Assembly: GCA_951406725.2 (NCBI GenBank) | Contig: OX597830.1 | Location: forward strand, 30,380,001 to 30,444,000 | Length of the DNA stretch: 64,000 nt | Direction: 5' to 3' | DNA from: Octopus vulgaris | Lineage: Eukaryota | Shown: piece by piece, positions 29,535 through 42,368 of the stretch | Layout: every line of letters starts with the position of its first letter | How positions within the stretch are numbered: position 1 is the stretch's first letter | Program-made: the position numbers and the translations under genes | The notes under the pieces: generated by a model | The model's input: the letters and a program-made list of their open reading frames with translations, nothing else | Told to the model about the DNA's origin: nothing | Databases searched by the model: none

Positions 29535-29735
29535 CTTATACATATACATACATATATATGTGTGTGTATGTGTGTGTGTGTACACGTACACACACATACC
29601 CTCAGTTTCCCTCTACCAAATTCATTCACAAGGTTTTGCTCAGCCCGGAGCTACAGTGGAAGATATTTGCCCAAGGTGCCACGGAACCATATGGTTGGGA
29701 AGCAAGCTTCTTACACAATCACACCTGCGCTTGCA
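29265..29735 (-). mobile_element. family-B SINE with internal (CA)n(TA)n
   Basis: Both halves are present on the minus strand. Confidence 0.82.
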
Positions 29736-29827
29736 TGACTAAATAACCAATGATTTATTTTTCTTCTTTCTGTATCTTTGTTTGAAAGAAACAGAGCAGC
29801 TTGATCGAACTGATTAAAGAACCAGAA

Positions 29828-30000
29828 GCCATATTTAAATAAGAAGAAATGACATTATTTACATTATTAACATTTGACGAATATTTGTCCTCATATTGTT
29901 TGTTGTTAACACAACGTTTCAGCTGATATTCCCTCCAGCCTTCATCAGGTGTCTTGGGGAAATTTCGAACCTGGCTTCTCATTCCTAAATAATAATAATA

Positions 30001-30037
<37 letters not shown>

Positions 30038-30111
30038 TCACTACTAGGAATCGAACTCGGAATCTTCGGATTAGTAGCCCGTGCTCTTAACCACTACGCC
30101 ATATTGAAATA
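29828..30111 (-). mobile_element. composite short element: tRNA-derived Pol III head + (AAT)n + hammerhead ribozyme
   Basis: A box TGGCGTAGTGG (30091-30101), B box GAGTTCGATTCC (30047-30058), hammerhead at 29908-29953. A 14-bp direct repeat with 1 mismatch lies at 29828-29841 and 30098-30111. Confidence 0.7.
29908..29953 (-). ncRNA. intact minimal type I hammerhead ribozyme
   Basis: GACAC-CTGATGA-A-GGCTGG agggaata TCAGCT-GAAA-CG-TT-GTGTT: 5-bp stem I, 6-bp stem II, palindromic AACGTT. Confidence 0.8.
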
Positions 30112-30654
30112 TAGAACTGAATAAGAAATGATTTGGGAGATGATTCTACATATAAACTTAGACGGAGCAGATGAAGTGGCTCCATCAGATTTGACAAGAA
30201 AAGCAGGTAATGTCATTAAGAAAGGGACGTAAGGAACAATCCCCTGTGCCACATGTATCTGAAGTACACTTAATAACTGTATATATATATATAATAACAG
30301 TGGTAGCACTGTCATTAATCCAGTAAATTTGCAGATGAGTGAGTTACACAACTCTGATGATTAAGCAATGCAAATTTACTTTTGTTAATGAAACGTGATT
30401 AAGATGATGTAATTCAATATACAAGTAAACTCTCCTGTTTCGTTTTCTAAATTAGTACTCTGTGTCTTTCTCAACTTCGTGTTCCATTTAAATGAAACAT
30501 GGGCTCATAATATGAGTTCACCTCATGGTTGCCCATCAGATATATGGGAATACTCATGGAGTTCTAAGTACTGGCTATTTGCTATGCAATTTGAAATTAA
30601 ATACATACATATATGTATGTATTTATGTATGTATGTATGTGTATATATATGGAA

Positions 30655-30736
30655 GAGATAGATAAATAAATAGATAGCTAGACAGACAGACAGACAGACA
30701 GATAGTTAGATAGATAGATAGATAGATAGATAGATT

Positions 30737-30819
<83 letters not shown>

Positions 30820-30820
30820 G
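30655..30820 (+). repeat. (GATA)n array
   Basis: Direct reading. Confidence 0.97.
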
Positions 30821-31669
30821 AAAAATAAACAGGTGGTAAGTACGTAGACACCTTTAATCAGCCGAGTTTAATTAACGTATGATGTGTATATGCATGTGTA
30901 TCTGAGGGTGTGTCTGTTTGTGTAACCGGATGACGTGATACATATCTACAAATACTTTAGATTAATTGATCAACCTAAGGTAAAGAAAAGAAGTAAAAAA
31001 AAAATGGAGAAAGCGGCATCTGTATCAGTTAACAAAGGAACAGCAAACTATAGCCTCTTTATCTCCGTAACACACAAACATTCCTTAAAATATAATCAAG
31101 ACAGAGAAGTGTAATCGACTCAGCATAGTAATTTTAAGGTTATATATACTGAAAAGATTTTAATATGCAGCGATCAGTGTCGCTTCGTCATTGTTAACCA
31201 ATCCTACAAGCATTCCAGACATTAGATACACATACACCCATAAGAACTCACAGACATACATCCACATATACTCAAATACATTCAATTAGACATACACACA
31301 CACACACACATATCAGCGACTGCGTGTGCCTGTGTCTTTACTTATGTATATGTGTACGTATTTATAAAACAATCATGTTTCTTGTCCTTACGCCAGAAAT
31401 GCTTTACTGTTTAATGACTCGTAATATATAACTACTTATGTAGGTATGTAGCTTGCTCAGATTCATAACAAGATACCTGTTGTTGGTTAGAGGAAAAGGT
31501 GGTGCGGTTCATTAACAAGGAATGAGAAAACGAAGGTAGTTTGTTTGACAGAACGTGATTACTAGTTACATTAGTAATATGTTTAATCCAGGCTGTTCAC
31601 ACAACTTGTATTTATAATTAATTACACAGCCATCACATATGTATGTGTGACTGTCCGTCTGTTTGTATG

Positions 31670-31893
31670 TACGAGAGGGGGTGCTGAAAATTTCCTGGCT
31701 TTAGGTAAAAGGAAAATAAAAGAGGGTCAGTTAATTATGATTTTATTCAATATATTCTCCTCTTAGATTCACACACTTATTCCAGTGGTCCTTCAGTTTT
31801 TCTAGACTCTTTAAAAGAACTCGGAAGGCTGGGCTTCCAGCCAGGCCTTTCGTGACATCCTTAGAGCCAGGAATTTTTCAGCACCCCTTCGTA
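31670..31893. mobile_element. mariner-type MITE, copy 1
   Basis: TIRs TACGAGAGGGGGTGCTGAAAATTTCCTGGCT and AGCCAGGAATTTTTCAGCACCCCTTCGTA, with TA ends. Confidence 0.9.
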
Positions 31894-31921
31894 TTAGTGT
31901 GTGTGTGTGTGTATATTGATA

Positions 31922-32136
31922 TACGAGGGGATGCTGAAAAGTTCCTGGCTTCGGGTAAATGGAAATAAAGGAGGATCAGTTATGATTTTATTCAACAGAT
32001 TCCAAACTCAGATTCACACTTATTGTGGCTGTCCTTCAGATTTTCAAAGCCCTGTAAAAAAACTCGGAAGTTTGGGTCTCCTACCAGACCTTTCGCAACA
32101 CCCTTAAAGCCAAGAACTTTTCAGCCCCTCCTCGTA
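31922..32136. mobile_element. mariner-type MITE, copy 2
   Basis: TIRs TACGAGGGGATGCTGAAAAGTTCCTGGCT and AGCCAAGAACTTTTCAGCCCCTCCTCGTA; interior homologous to copy 1. Confidence 0.9.
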
Positions 32137-32515
32137 TGTATGTATGTATGTATGTATGTATGTATGTATGTACACATGTATGTATGTATGTACACATGTA
32201 TGTATGTATGTATGTATGTATGTATGTATGTATGTATGTATGTATGTACGCATGTATGTATGTATGTATGTATGTATGTATGTATGTATGTATGTATGTA
32301 TGTATGTATGTATGTATGTATGTATGTATGTATGTATGTATGTACACATGTATGTATGTATGTATGTATGTATGTATGTACGCATGTATGTATGTGTGTG
32401 CACATGTATGTATGTATGTACACATGTATGTATGTACACATGTATGTATGTATGTATGTATGTATGTACACATGTATGTATGTATATATGTACACGTGTA
32501 TGTATGTATATATGT
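32136..32515. repeat. (TATG)n array with TACACATG/TACGCATG variants
   Basis: Direct reading. Confidence 0.97.
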
Positions 32516-33114
32516 ATCTTCTTTTGTTTCTATACCTAAATAACTATTTGTACGTACGTGCGTATGTATTCTGTGTGCCTCTGTGTGTGTATAATTTTGT
32601 ATGTATGTTAATATATAAGTTTTGCATGTATGTATGAAAGTGTAAATTTTATATTTGTGCAGTAAACATCACGTACAAAATATGAATTATGTTAAATATT
32701 TATACTTTTATGCAAACCATCGTAAGCAGCCTAGCTCTGGGCGAAACTCGGAGAAGTCTGTTGGTCTTTGATATTATAAGGATATAACAGTTCAAAAGGA
32801 AAATCTATGATCTGGATATAAGAACCGTATTTCTCTCAATAGTTCGTAGATATCCTCCTTTCCTCCAACTGATCTTTTTAACAATGCAAGATTTTTCTTC
32901 CATAGAACAATATCTGGTCTATTGTGTTGCTGTTTTTTTTTGTATTTTTTTATTGGAATGTGGTCTGGCTTTGGTTAAGCCATCAGTATAATGAATATTG
33001 CGTATAACATTCTTTAACCTTTCATCTTTTACTCGCTTCATTCATTAGGCTACAGCCATGATGAAGCCCTGCCTTGAAGAATTTTCAATATGTATATTTT
33101 TTAATATATATATT

Positions 33115-33275
33115 TCTCTCTCTGTTTATTTTCTCTAATTCCTTTGTGTTGAAGAGCAAAGGCTCGAAACTTAAAAGACTTTTCCATTCTTCCTGAACGT
33201 CAAACTAATACACTTGTTTATTTGTTGTTGTTTTTTGTTCATACACTTGTCTTTTGTTTTTCTATAAATTTAGAC
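33115..33275 (+). mobile_element. PLE pLTR-like fragment with hammerhead-like motif (33142-33177)
   Basis: CTTT-GTGTTGA-A-GAGC aaag GCTC-GAAA-CT-TA-AAAG; homologous to 14310-14460. Confidence 0.5.
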
Positions 33276-33679
33276 TATATATATATATATGGAGAGAGAG
33301 AGAGATATATATATACACACATGCACATACATATATACATAGAATATTAATATTAATATTAAGTTTTAATGATAAGAATTTTTCTCGCACCATACCATAT
33401 TATTATTATTACGTGCTGTACATATGAATTTTGTTCCATCTTGCGGGTTATATGTTTATTCTATAATGAAATGTTCGAATTATGAAATGACATGCGGTTG
33501 ACCTTGTATTTGCTTGTTCAATGATTTTAGTTTGATATTTTTGTCTCTTCCAATAGAGCACTTCTATTGCAGTCCTATTAAACCTTTTTTTTTTATTGTC
33601 CCTGACAAGAAACAATTATTGTATCGATACATACATACATATATATATGTACATATAATATATATATACAATATATATA

Positions 33680-33734
<55 letters not shown>

Positions 33735-34075
33735 CCAGCATGGTACTTATTCTATCAGTCTATTTTGCCGAACCACTAAATTACGGAGACGTAAACACTC
33801 CAACATCCGTTGTCAAGCGGTAGTGGGGTACTAATACACACACGCACACACATACACACACACACATATATATATATATACATACACACATACACATATA
33901 TCTGTATATATTTACACGGCGGGCTTCTTTCAGTATCCGTCTACTAAACCCACTCACAAAGTTTTGGTCAGCCCGAGGCTATAGTAGAAAACAGTTGTCC
34001 AATGTACCACACAGTGGGATTGAACCCGAAGCTATTTAGCTGAGAAGCAAACCGCTAACCACGCAGCCACGCCTA
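33735..34075 (-). mobile_element. family-B SINE (its 3' tip probably lies at 33020-33085)
   Basis: Reverse-complement head ...ACCACGCAGCCACGCCTA and body. Confidence 0.78.
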
Positions 34076-34134
34076 AAACGTTAAACATTGTTTTACCAAC
34101 AATATTTCATCGCATAGATAGATAGAATGGTCGA

Positions 34135-34153
34135 TTGATTGATGAACTAACTA

Positions 34154-34214
<61 letters not shown>

Positions 34215-34672
34215 CTGACTCGCTGATTGATTGATTGATTCGTTGATGAGTGAGTGATACAATAGAAATGGACAGATATCAACACCTGGTATTCGCCGAA
34301 ATGAATATTTAATATCTTGCAAGACAATCAAATATCTCAGTGGGATGTTGGTCTGCGCGAGTCTCTCCGTGCGCGCGCGTGCGTGTGTGTGTGTATGTGT
34401 GTGTGTGTGCGTGCGTGGATATCATTGTCATTATCGGAGTTTTGCTGTACTTTCGTTTTTTTAAGACAGGCTTTTCCTCAATAGTAAAATTTCTTCTTCT
34501 TCTTCTTCTTCTTCTTCTTCTTCTTCTTCTTCTTCTTCTTCTTCTTGTTCTTCTTCTTGTTCTTCTTCTTCTTCTTCTCCTCCTCCTCCTCCTCCCCTTC
34601 ATCCGCCTCCTCCTCCGCCTTCGCCTCTTCCCCCGCCTCCTCATCCTACTACTACTACTCCTACCACCACCA
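34135..34672. repeat. (GATT)n, (GT)n and (CTT)n/(CCT)n microsatellite cluster
   Basis: Direct reading. Confidence 0.95.
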
Positions 34673-35445
34673 CGCAACTCTTGTTGTTACAAGTTTTCTA
34701 CGGTTAAATGTATGTATATATGTAAAAGTGTATGTGCAAATTGTGTGTATATATATATATATACATGAGTGTGTGTGAGTATACATATGCATAGATATGT
34801 GTGTGTCTGTGTGAGTGTATTTGCATATATATATGTGTGTATTTGCATGTGTGTGTGTGTGTGAGAGTGTGTGAGCGTGGATGTGTGTACATAACGTCAA
34901 AACCAGCTGCAAGGATATTCAGAGCGACACAAATGCCGACACCTGTTCATTTCCTTTCTAGATATGCGGCTACTTCTAATTGCTTTCTATCGATATTGGC
35001 TGTCTCTTTCATTAGCTAGGTATGCATACACATAGATCACCTATATTTTTATATAATTTTATTCATGTACATATATATTTTTTACTATCTTATATTTTTT
35101 TTCTTTTCCTTCTGATGTAGACATTCTGGTATTTATAACTTTACATGCTTTTAGTTAAGTTGAACGCTAGACAAGCGGTAGTTCATTAACTAGAGACGTC
35201 ATCAAATGGATAATTGCAAGTTTGGTAGACAGGCTTACAAATAGACAGACTGATATTGGGGGCGGACGAGTGTCTAGGAGCATATTATCTAATGTGTGTT
35301 TCTTTTATTTTTAAGGTGGTGATGTATGATTTGAGGGAAATTTGGCTGGTATTTCTAGCAGGCAACATGACAACGTACGGACTCCAGCTTTGGCTTGTAC
35401 CTGTTAGTTCGGTTAGTGTAATGTTTGTCAGGAAGACAAACATGC

Positions 35446-35477
<32 letters not shown>

Positions 35478-35687
35478 GCGTACATACAAGCATACATGTA
35501 TATATACATACATACATACGTATACACATACATACATGCACACAAACATGTAGTTAGATAAGTAGATAGAAAGATAGATAGATAGATAGATAGATACATA
35601 CATACATACATACATACATACATACATACATACATACATAAACAGAAAGACAGAGAGTTTGACAGATGGATAGATAGATAGATAAAT

Positions 35688-35726
<39 letters not shown>

Positions 35727-35731
<5 letters not shown>

Positions 35732-35886
35732 CTTTATTGGTCACGCAGGGCGAAACACAGAAGGGACAAAATACAAAGTAGAGCTTTTCTTTTTGGGAAG
35801 AAGAGAAGGGGAATAAAAGGGGGAGCGAATTCCGATCAAAAGAGAACGTGAAAACAAAAAGTGGGGCCGATCAATAGGGATCGTGT
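35727..35886 (-). mobile_element. LINE-like 3' end (possibly Tx1/L1) sharing its terminus with family-A SINE tail 1
   Basis: Minus strand ends TTTGTCCCTTCTGTGTTTCGCCCTGCGTGACCAATAAAGAAAT, then (CT)n. The upstream sequence is not SINE body. Confidence 0.55.
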
Positions 35887-36482
35887 ATTACAGTAGATAG
35901 ATAGATAGACAGATTGATAGTCAAGCAGATAGATGGATTGATAAATGTGTACTGTCTTTATATCTTCCTTCATAACCTCAGGTCAATCGCTAAGTGACCA
36001 TAATTATCTTCGAAAGCGTTCCAGCCGTGCCAATCACCTTTTTTGCTTGTGTATAGGACCACATTTTCTAATGTATTCGTCCGTTATTTAAGACGGGAAA
36101 CTGTGATTTTAGCCTTCTTGGGTGCTATATTTTAAGCATGTTTAGCAACCATACTGAGATTTCATTACCGCTGGCAATCATTCGCTGACTCATCATAATT
36201 TTGACCCAGGTTGATCGTTATCAGATAAACCTATGATCACATACAAATGAACTGTGGCCGTTTTGTAGATTTCTTAGGCATCTACTCGTACAACGACGTC
36301 ATACATATGAGTTTTCTTTACTTAAGGCGGCTGTTATATTTCTCGCGAGATATTTGGCAGTTATTTCTAACAGGCTGGTTGACCACACAGAGGTATTTTT
36401 GTCGGTTTGTCACTCTGGTGATTGTTAAACAAAAATACAGACGCACATACTTACAGACAGACGGACAAATAGACACATACAC

Positions 36483-36755
<273 letters not shown>

Positions 36756-37175
36756 TGTATATTTCTGCATGCGCCAGTGTGTGTATATGCGTATTTCTCT
36801 ATTTGTGTATATGTATAGTCGTTCCTGTAACTGACCGAATAAGGTATGTCTGGTTAATTGGAAGTTAATTATCGAGGTGTGCTGGTAGGTGAATGATCAA
36901 AGCTTTTAAGATAGATACAGACCGATCGATGTTTAATTAGCTGACAAGATTACATTGATTGATATGAAGGTAATTTCCGTATATTAATTAAGAGACCAAG
37001 AAACACAACAAAGTGAATGGCATCAGGTAATATACATCCCTAAATCAATAAATACATACAGTTCCAACTTACAAACTTCAATCCCACACCGAACACTAGC
37101 TTCTTCTTATTGTCGTTGTTGATGTTGTTGTTGTTGTTGTCGTCGTCGTTGTTGTTGTTGCTGTTGTTGTTGTTA

Positions 37176-37476
37176 ATATTTCTCTTTATCACAGATTTTG
37201 TTGGAACTCCTGGACTCTTGCGTGCGTAGCGGGCTTGCTACCTGCAGCCTACGGTACCACGCTATACGTTCTTTTCAGCTATCTAATACTTTCCTGATTA
37301 TTCTGGCCGAGCCAAGGAGGCAAACCTTTTGTAACAGTTCTACTGAACACGCCATTCCAATTTCCTTTATATTCTACTTGATGCCTTCTGTTACTGTCCC
37401 CAAGGACCCAACAATAATTAGCATATCTTCACCGTCTTCATTTTCCATAGTCGGGCTATTGCGTACTTAAGAGGGT

Positions 37477-37521
<45 letters not shown>

Positions 37522-37990
37522 TTTCGCCTTCCTTCTTGACAATGCAATATCAACTATATAGCGTATGTGGTGCACCTTGTCCACCACAACTGAGTCCGGT
37601 CTGTTATGCTTTAGCACCTAATCTGTTTGGATTGGCAAATTCCAGATTCCGCCGCACTTTGCGGTTTGTGCTCATACCATGTCTTGACTCTCTCTAGCCC
37701 CACTTTTCGCACAGTTTTCAATGGAGCACTTTCGCTACCTAATCGTGTCGCTACAACTTGTAAGAGTTTTGGGCAATTCTAGGGCATTTGTTCGTGGTAT
37801 GGGCATGGTTTCATCCACTCTATTGCACAGCGGAAACACTTGCTCATTCCTGATGTTGACAGCCTAGTTCGTGGCCAAGGCTTGGTCCTGCGCTGCCATC
37901 ATAGTGCCCCTGGGCTCCTTATTTTTTAGGGCTCATTTCATCAGCCAATCCCACCTGTTTTTTCCAGCAACTACTGTTGTGGCTACATAT
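37176..37990 (-). mobile_element. decayed 5'-truncated R4/Dong-clade LINE
   Basis: Minus-strand fragments MAAQDQAL, LCNRVDET, RHD*VAKVLH*KLCEKW, IIVGSLGTV. Lies between (TTG)n at 37110-37175 and (TTA)n at 37990-38140. Confidence 0.8.
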
Positions 37991-38025
37991 TGTTATTATT
38001 ATTATTATCATTATTATTATTATCA

Positions 38026-38140
<115 letters not shown>

Positions 38141-38179
38141 GGCTGGCTTCGTGCCAATATTTGAAGCCATTATTATTAA

Positions 38180-38414
38180 CGCAGCGAGCTGGCAGAAACG
38201 TTAGCACGTCGGGCGAAATGCGTAGCCGTATTTCCTCTGCCGGTACGTTCTGAGTTCAAATTCCGCCGACGTCGACTTCACCTTTCGTCATTTCGGGGTC
38301 GATAATTTAAGTACCAGTTACGCACTGGGGTCGATATAATCGACTTAATCCGTTTGTCTGTCCTTGTTTGTCCTCTCTGTGTTTAGCTCCTTGTGGGTAG
38401 TAAAGAAATAGGTA
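38180..38414 (+). mobile_element. family-A SINE, tail 1
   Basis: Head GCGAGCTGGCAGAAACGTTAGC through TAAAGAAATAGGTA. Confidence 0.9.
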
Positions 38415-38850
38415 TAGTGTGCTATTGTCGACTTTTGCTAGAACAAAAACAAAAAATATGTAATATACTAATATTAGCGAAGGTCGACCGAGAGCAAGTG
38501 ATTCAAAAACTTCAGGAAAGGTAAGCTCCAAGAAAATACTTGATTACCAGATGCTAAAAGAAAAGTCCAACAGGAGGACCATTATCGACCTTTATCGGCC
38601 ATTTACCAACGGGAATAAAACATAGAAATCTGGTTGGCGCTGGCAGAAATAGAACTGACCACGTGATTAAAAGAAATATTAATGAAGACTGGATGAACGA
38701 TTAGGTAGGGCGGTGGAGATAAAATACCAAGGAGTATTTATCTACGTCTCTGATCATACTGAGTTCAAATTCCACCGATGTCTAATTTTTCATTGATTCA
38801 CCTGGGCAGGTATATAAATTTAAATATTCAAGCCAGTGCATTCGTCTATG

Positions 38851-39065
38851 TTAGTGGTTTTCAACCATATTTTACAAATGGAATCCTTTGATTTCTATTT
38901 CACTTCGGTTGACCCGCATAGCCATTTAATGTTTTAAAAAATCCCAATTATACTTTTGTAATAAAATGTTATTGAGAATTGTATAAAAAATGTTAAAATA
39001 TTTTGTGTATAACCAATTTAAACCTTAACAACAAAATCTTATATAAACCCCCAAGAGCCATATTT
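38851..39065. mobile_element. possible hAT-type non-autonomous element fragment
   Basis: Starts TAGTGGTTTTCAACC (cf. CAGTGGTTCTCAACC of hAT/Charlie ends), with similar sequence at ~63880-63990. A second TIR is not seen. Confidence 0.3.
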
Positions 39066-39439
39066 CTATTTGTGACTTTGTGCCAAATCCAGAAAGCAAC
39101 ATTGGATCGATGAAGTGACAGAACCGATAGTGAGTGGTATTTAGCAATGCCTATTGATGTTAGTCTGTTCAAATCCCACACAAGGCGTCTTCATATCTTA
39201 TCCATTCAATACAAATGAAATATGAATCCCATCAAATCGATTATTTCTAGCTTCTCTCATTTCTTCTAATATGTAAGCCTTGTGCCTAAATAAGAAACAA
39301 CCATTTGTCATTAGGAATGATTATGAATTGGCTGTAGGGTTGATGTACAGGCAGAATCGTCAGCGTGGTAATTTCCTGGCTATTTATGTTTTGAGTTCAA
39401 ATCTCACTGAGGCCAATTTTGCCGTTTATCTATACACCC

Positions 39440-39810
39440 CAGCCTTTAACCCTCCAACGCTGAGTATAGGCCACTTACAGTTGAATTCCATGTCGCATAA
39501 TTTTTCGCTTCTGTACTTATATACTCTGCCATGAATGTCCCCCTTTCTCTGGTTCCTTTTGTGTTGATCTACGCCACGAGTTCTTAGGCCTACCTTTCTT
39601 TCTATATACATCCGGATTCCATTGTAAAGCACTTTTCGCTACATTTGGTGTGTCTTTTCTAATTGTGCTACCAATCCACTTCCACTTTTTCTGAAATATT
39701 TGCTCCCTAATCGACGAAGATACTAAGATGAGAATAAGTAAGGCAAGGACAGCTTTTCACCTGTTAAAAAAAAGTATGGAGCGCAAGTGTAATTTCAATA
39801 AAGATAAGCA
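39440..39810 (-). mobile_element. RTE-clade LINE 3' fragment with inverted 5' segment
   Basis: Minus 39445-39709 translates to KKWKWIGSTIRK..ALQWNPD..RKKGRPKNSWRR. Plus 39713-39808 translates to DEDTKMRISKARTAFHLLKK/VWS, an upstream part of the same kind of ORF. Confidence 0.8.
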
Positions 39811-40057
39811 CATGGATCAATTTTATCGACTAGAATCCTCCTCTCGTAATTGCTTGCCCCGTGTCTCAATTAGATGTAGCTATACCAACTTATGGGTAAA
39901 GAATTGTCAGAATACGCAAAGTGTCTCAAAAAGAATGTACCTTAAGATTATAGTTATCTCTACATTCTGAGATCAAATTCCAATGGGTACAACATTGCCA
40001 ATCATCTGTTGTGAGGTGCAAAATAACATGAGAGTAATAATAAGGGAAGGCAATGTA

Positions 40058-40450
40058 GGCGGTGAGCTGGCAGAAACGTTAGCATGTCGGGCGAAATGCT
40101 TAGCGATATTTCGTCTGTCTTTATGTTCTGAGTTCAAATTCCGTCAAGGTCGACTTTCCCTTTTTATACTTTCGGGGTCGATAAATTAAGCACCAGTTGC
40201 GTACTGGGGTCGATCTAATCGACTGGTCCCCTCCCGAAAAATTTCGGGCCTGGAGTAGAAAAGATTATTTTGTAAGGCGGCGAGCTGGTAGAAACGTTAG
40301 CAGGCCGGGCGAAATGCTTAGCGGTACTTCGTCTGTCTTTACGTTCTGAGTTCAAATTCCGCCGAGGTCGACTTTGTCTGTCATCCTTTCGGGGTCTATA
40401 AATAAAGTACCATCGGTAAATAAAGTACCGATTAACTGCTGGGCTTGATC
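40058..40450 (+). mobile_element. two tandem family-A SINEs
   Basis: Heads at 40058 and 40274. Confidence 0.88.
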
Positions 40451-40504
40451 CCTCTCTAATTCCCTTCCCGCCCCTCTCCCATTTGCATCTCTCTCTCTCT
40501 CCCC

Positions 40505-40541
<37 letters not shown>

Positions 40542-41024
40542 GGAAATCTGTCTCATTGCACATTAAGAATAGTTATATGACACATAACGTCCATAGAAAT
40601 GGAGAAAGGTGAAAGAAAGAAGCTTGCAAGATTCTTTCATAAAAATCTGAAACATTAATAGAAACGTCTAAGGAAGCATCGTGACTCGGTACAAAGCGGA
40701 AATAAAGAAGAATGAAAGGAAAGGTAGAATCGATTCAATCGACTAGACCCATCCTTCAAAACCTGTGACATTGTCCTTACGCTCCAATTATTCACTGGAT
40801 CAGCTAATCAGAAAGATTCGGTCGATTACTGCAGAGTATACTTTCAGACATATGCGCTTCATTTTATGCTATGCATCCAAATTCCGTGGGAAGAGTGCTG
40901 CCTTTTTCACTCAAATACCATGGTTTAACTTTGCTTTGCCTCGTTTCTGAGACTGACACTGCAAATGCCAGTAAATATAAAATTAACACTGATTAAATTC
41001 AAGAACAATATTTAATTACAGGTT

Positions 41025-41465
41025 AGACGGCAGGATGACAGAGTCGTTACCGCACCGGGTAAAATGCTTAGCAACTTTTCATCCATCTGTGCATTCGCAG
41101 TTCTAATTCCTCACAGGTAGACTTTGCCTTTCATCTTTTCGAAGTCAATAAAACAAGTACCAGCTGAGCACTGGGATCGACATAATCGACTTACCCCTCT
41201 CCCATAAACTGGCTTTGTACAAAAATTTAAAATCAATATTTAACTGCAGCTTAATCAGAGAGCCGGCAGGATCGTTACCGCGCTGGTTAACATACCTAGC
41301 GGCATTTCGCCCGTCTTTACTTTCTGAGTTAAAATTCCGCCGTGGTCGACTTTGCTTTTCATCCTTTCCGGGTCGATAAAACAAGGATCAGTTGAGCAAC
41401 AGGGTCGATGTAATTGACTTACTCCCTCCCTTAAGATTATTGGCCTTGTGCCAAAATTTGAAACT
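41025..41465 (+). mobile_element. two older tandem family-A SINEs (tail 2)
   Basis: Diverged heads and bodies at ~41025 and ~41255. Confidence 0.75.
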
Positions 41466-41708
41466 CGTATTAAAACCATACGCCGATCTTTTGAATATTT
41501 ATTCAAAAATACTACTTTTGTTTTGAAAATTCGAAAGATGGATACTGCAGATAAATATCAGTCTTCAATTTTGTCAATGTTATCTTTTATTTACTTCACT
41601 TCTGCTGTTACTTTAATCTCAATATTAAATACACTGTAAGCATCTTTACCTGACTAAATTGTACAGTTATCACTAATATAAGAACCATTGCAGATCTGGA
41701 TTTCAATC

Positions 41709-41945
41709 GAGGCGATAAGGCGGTGAGCTGGCAGAAACGTTGACACACCGGGCGAAATGCTTATCGGTATTTCTTTTGCCGTTACGTTCTGAGTTCAAAT
41801 TGCGCAGAGGTCGACTTTGCCTTTCATCCTTTTGGAGTCGATAAATTAAGTACCAGTTACGCACTGGGGTCGATGTAATCGACTTAATCCCTCTGTCTTT
41901 GTTTGTCCCCTCTATGTTTAGCCCCTTGTGGGCAATAAAGAAAGA
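41709..41945 (+). mobile_element. family-A SINE with 17-bp TSD
   Basis: TSD AGATCTGGATTTCAATC (41692-41708) and AGATCTGGGTTTCAATC (41946-41962). Confidence 0.92.
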
Positions 41946-42294
41946 AGATCTGGGTTTCAATCATACCCATTATGAAACTACTGGAAAGATGTATAGGGCC
42001 ATGTGTCGATGCTAATAAGCATTATTCATTAACTTATTTCATTCATCGTAATGTGATGGTGCTATTATAGCTCATATTTTCTTACTCTCTTTTTGGTTTC
42101 AACCAGAGGCTGGGGCCATGCAGGAGCACCGTCTTTCAGTGTTTCTAATAGTTATAAACTATTTCTTTTCTGGGAATGTGGCCACACTAAGGCAACAATT
42201 ACAGAAATACGGATATAAAATATGAAGAGTGGATATTATATATGTGTGTGTGTGTATGTGTGTGTGTGTGTGTGTGTGTATTTGTATATATGTT

Positions 42295-42368
<74 letters not shown>

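Noticed and set aside
30034-30101. Functional tRNA gene on the minus strand
   Set aside because: A and B boxes are present but the acceptor stem is not formed, and the sequence runs into (AAT)n. Treated as a SINE-type head. The same applies to the heads at 17987, 48204 and 54416.
30160-30212. Possible 45-nt exon (ag|ACGGAGCAGAT..AAAGCAG|gtaatg; DGADEVAPSDLTRKA)
   Set aside because: The acceptor has a weak polypyrimidine tract and there is no partner exon or recognisable homology. It would need RNA-seq support.
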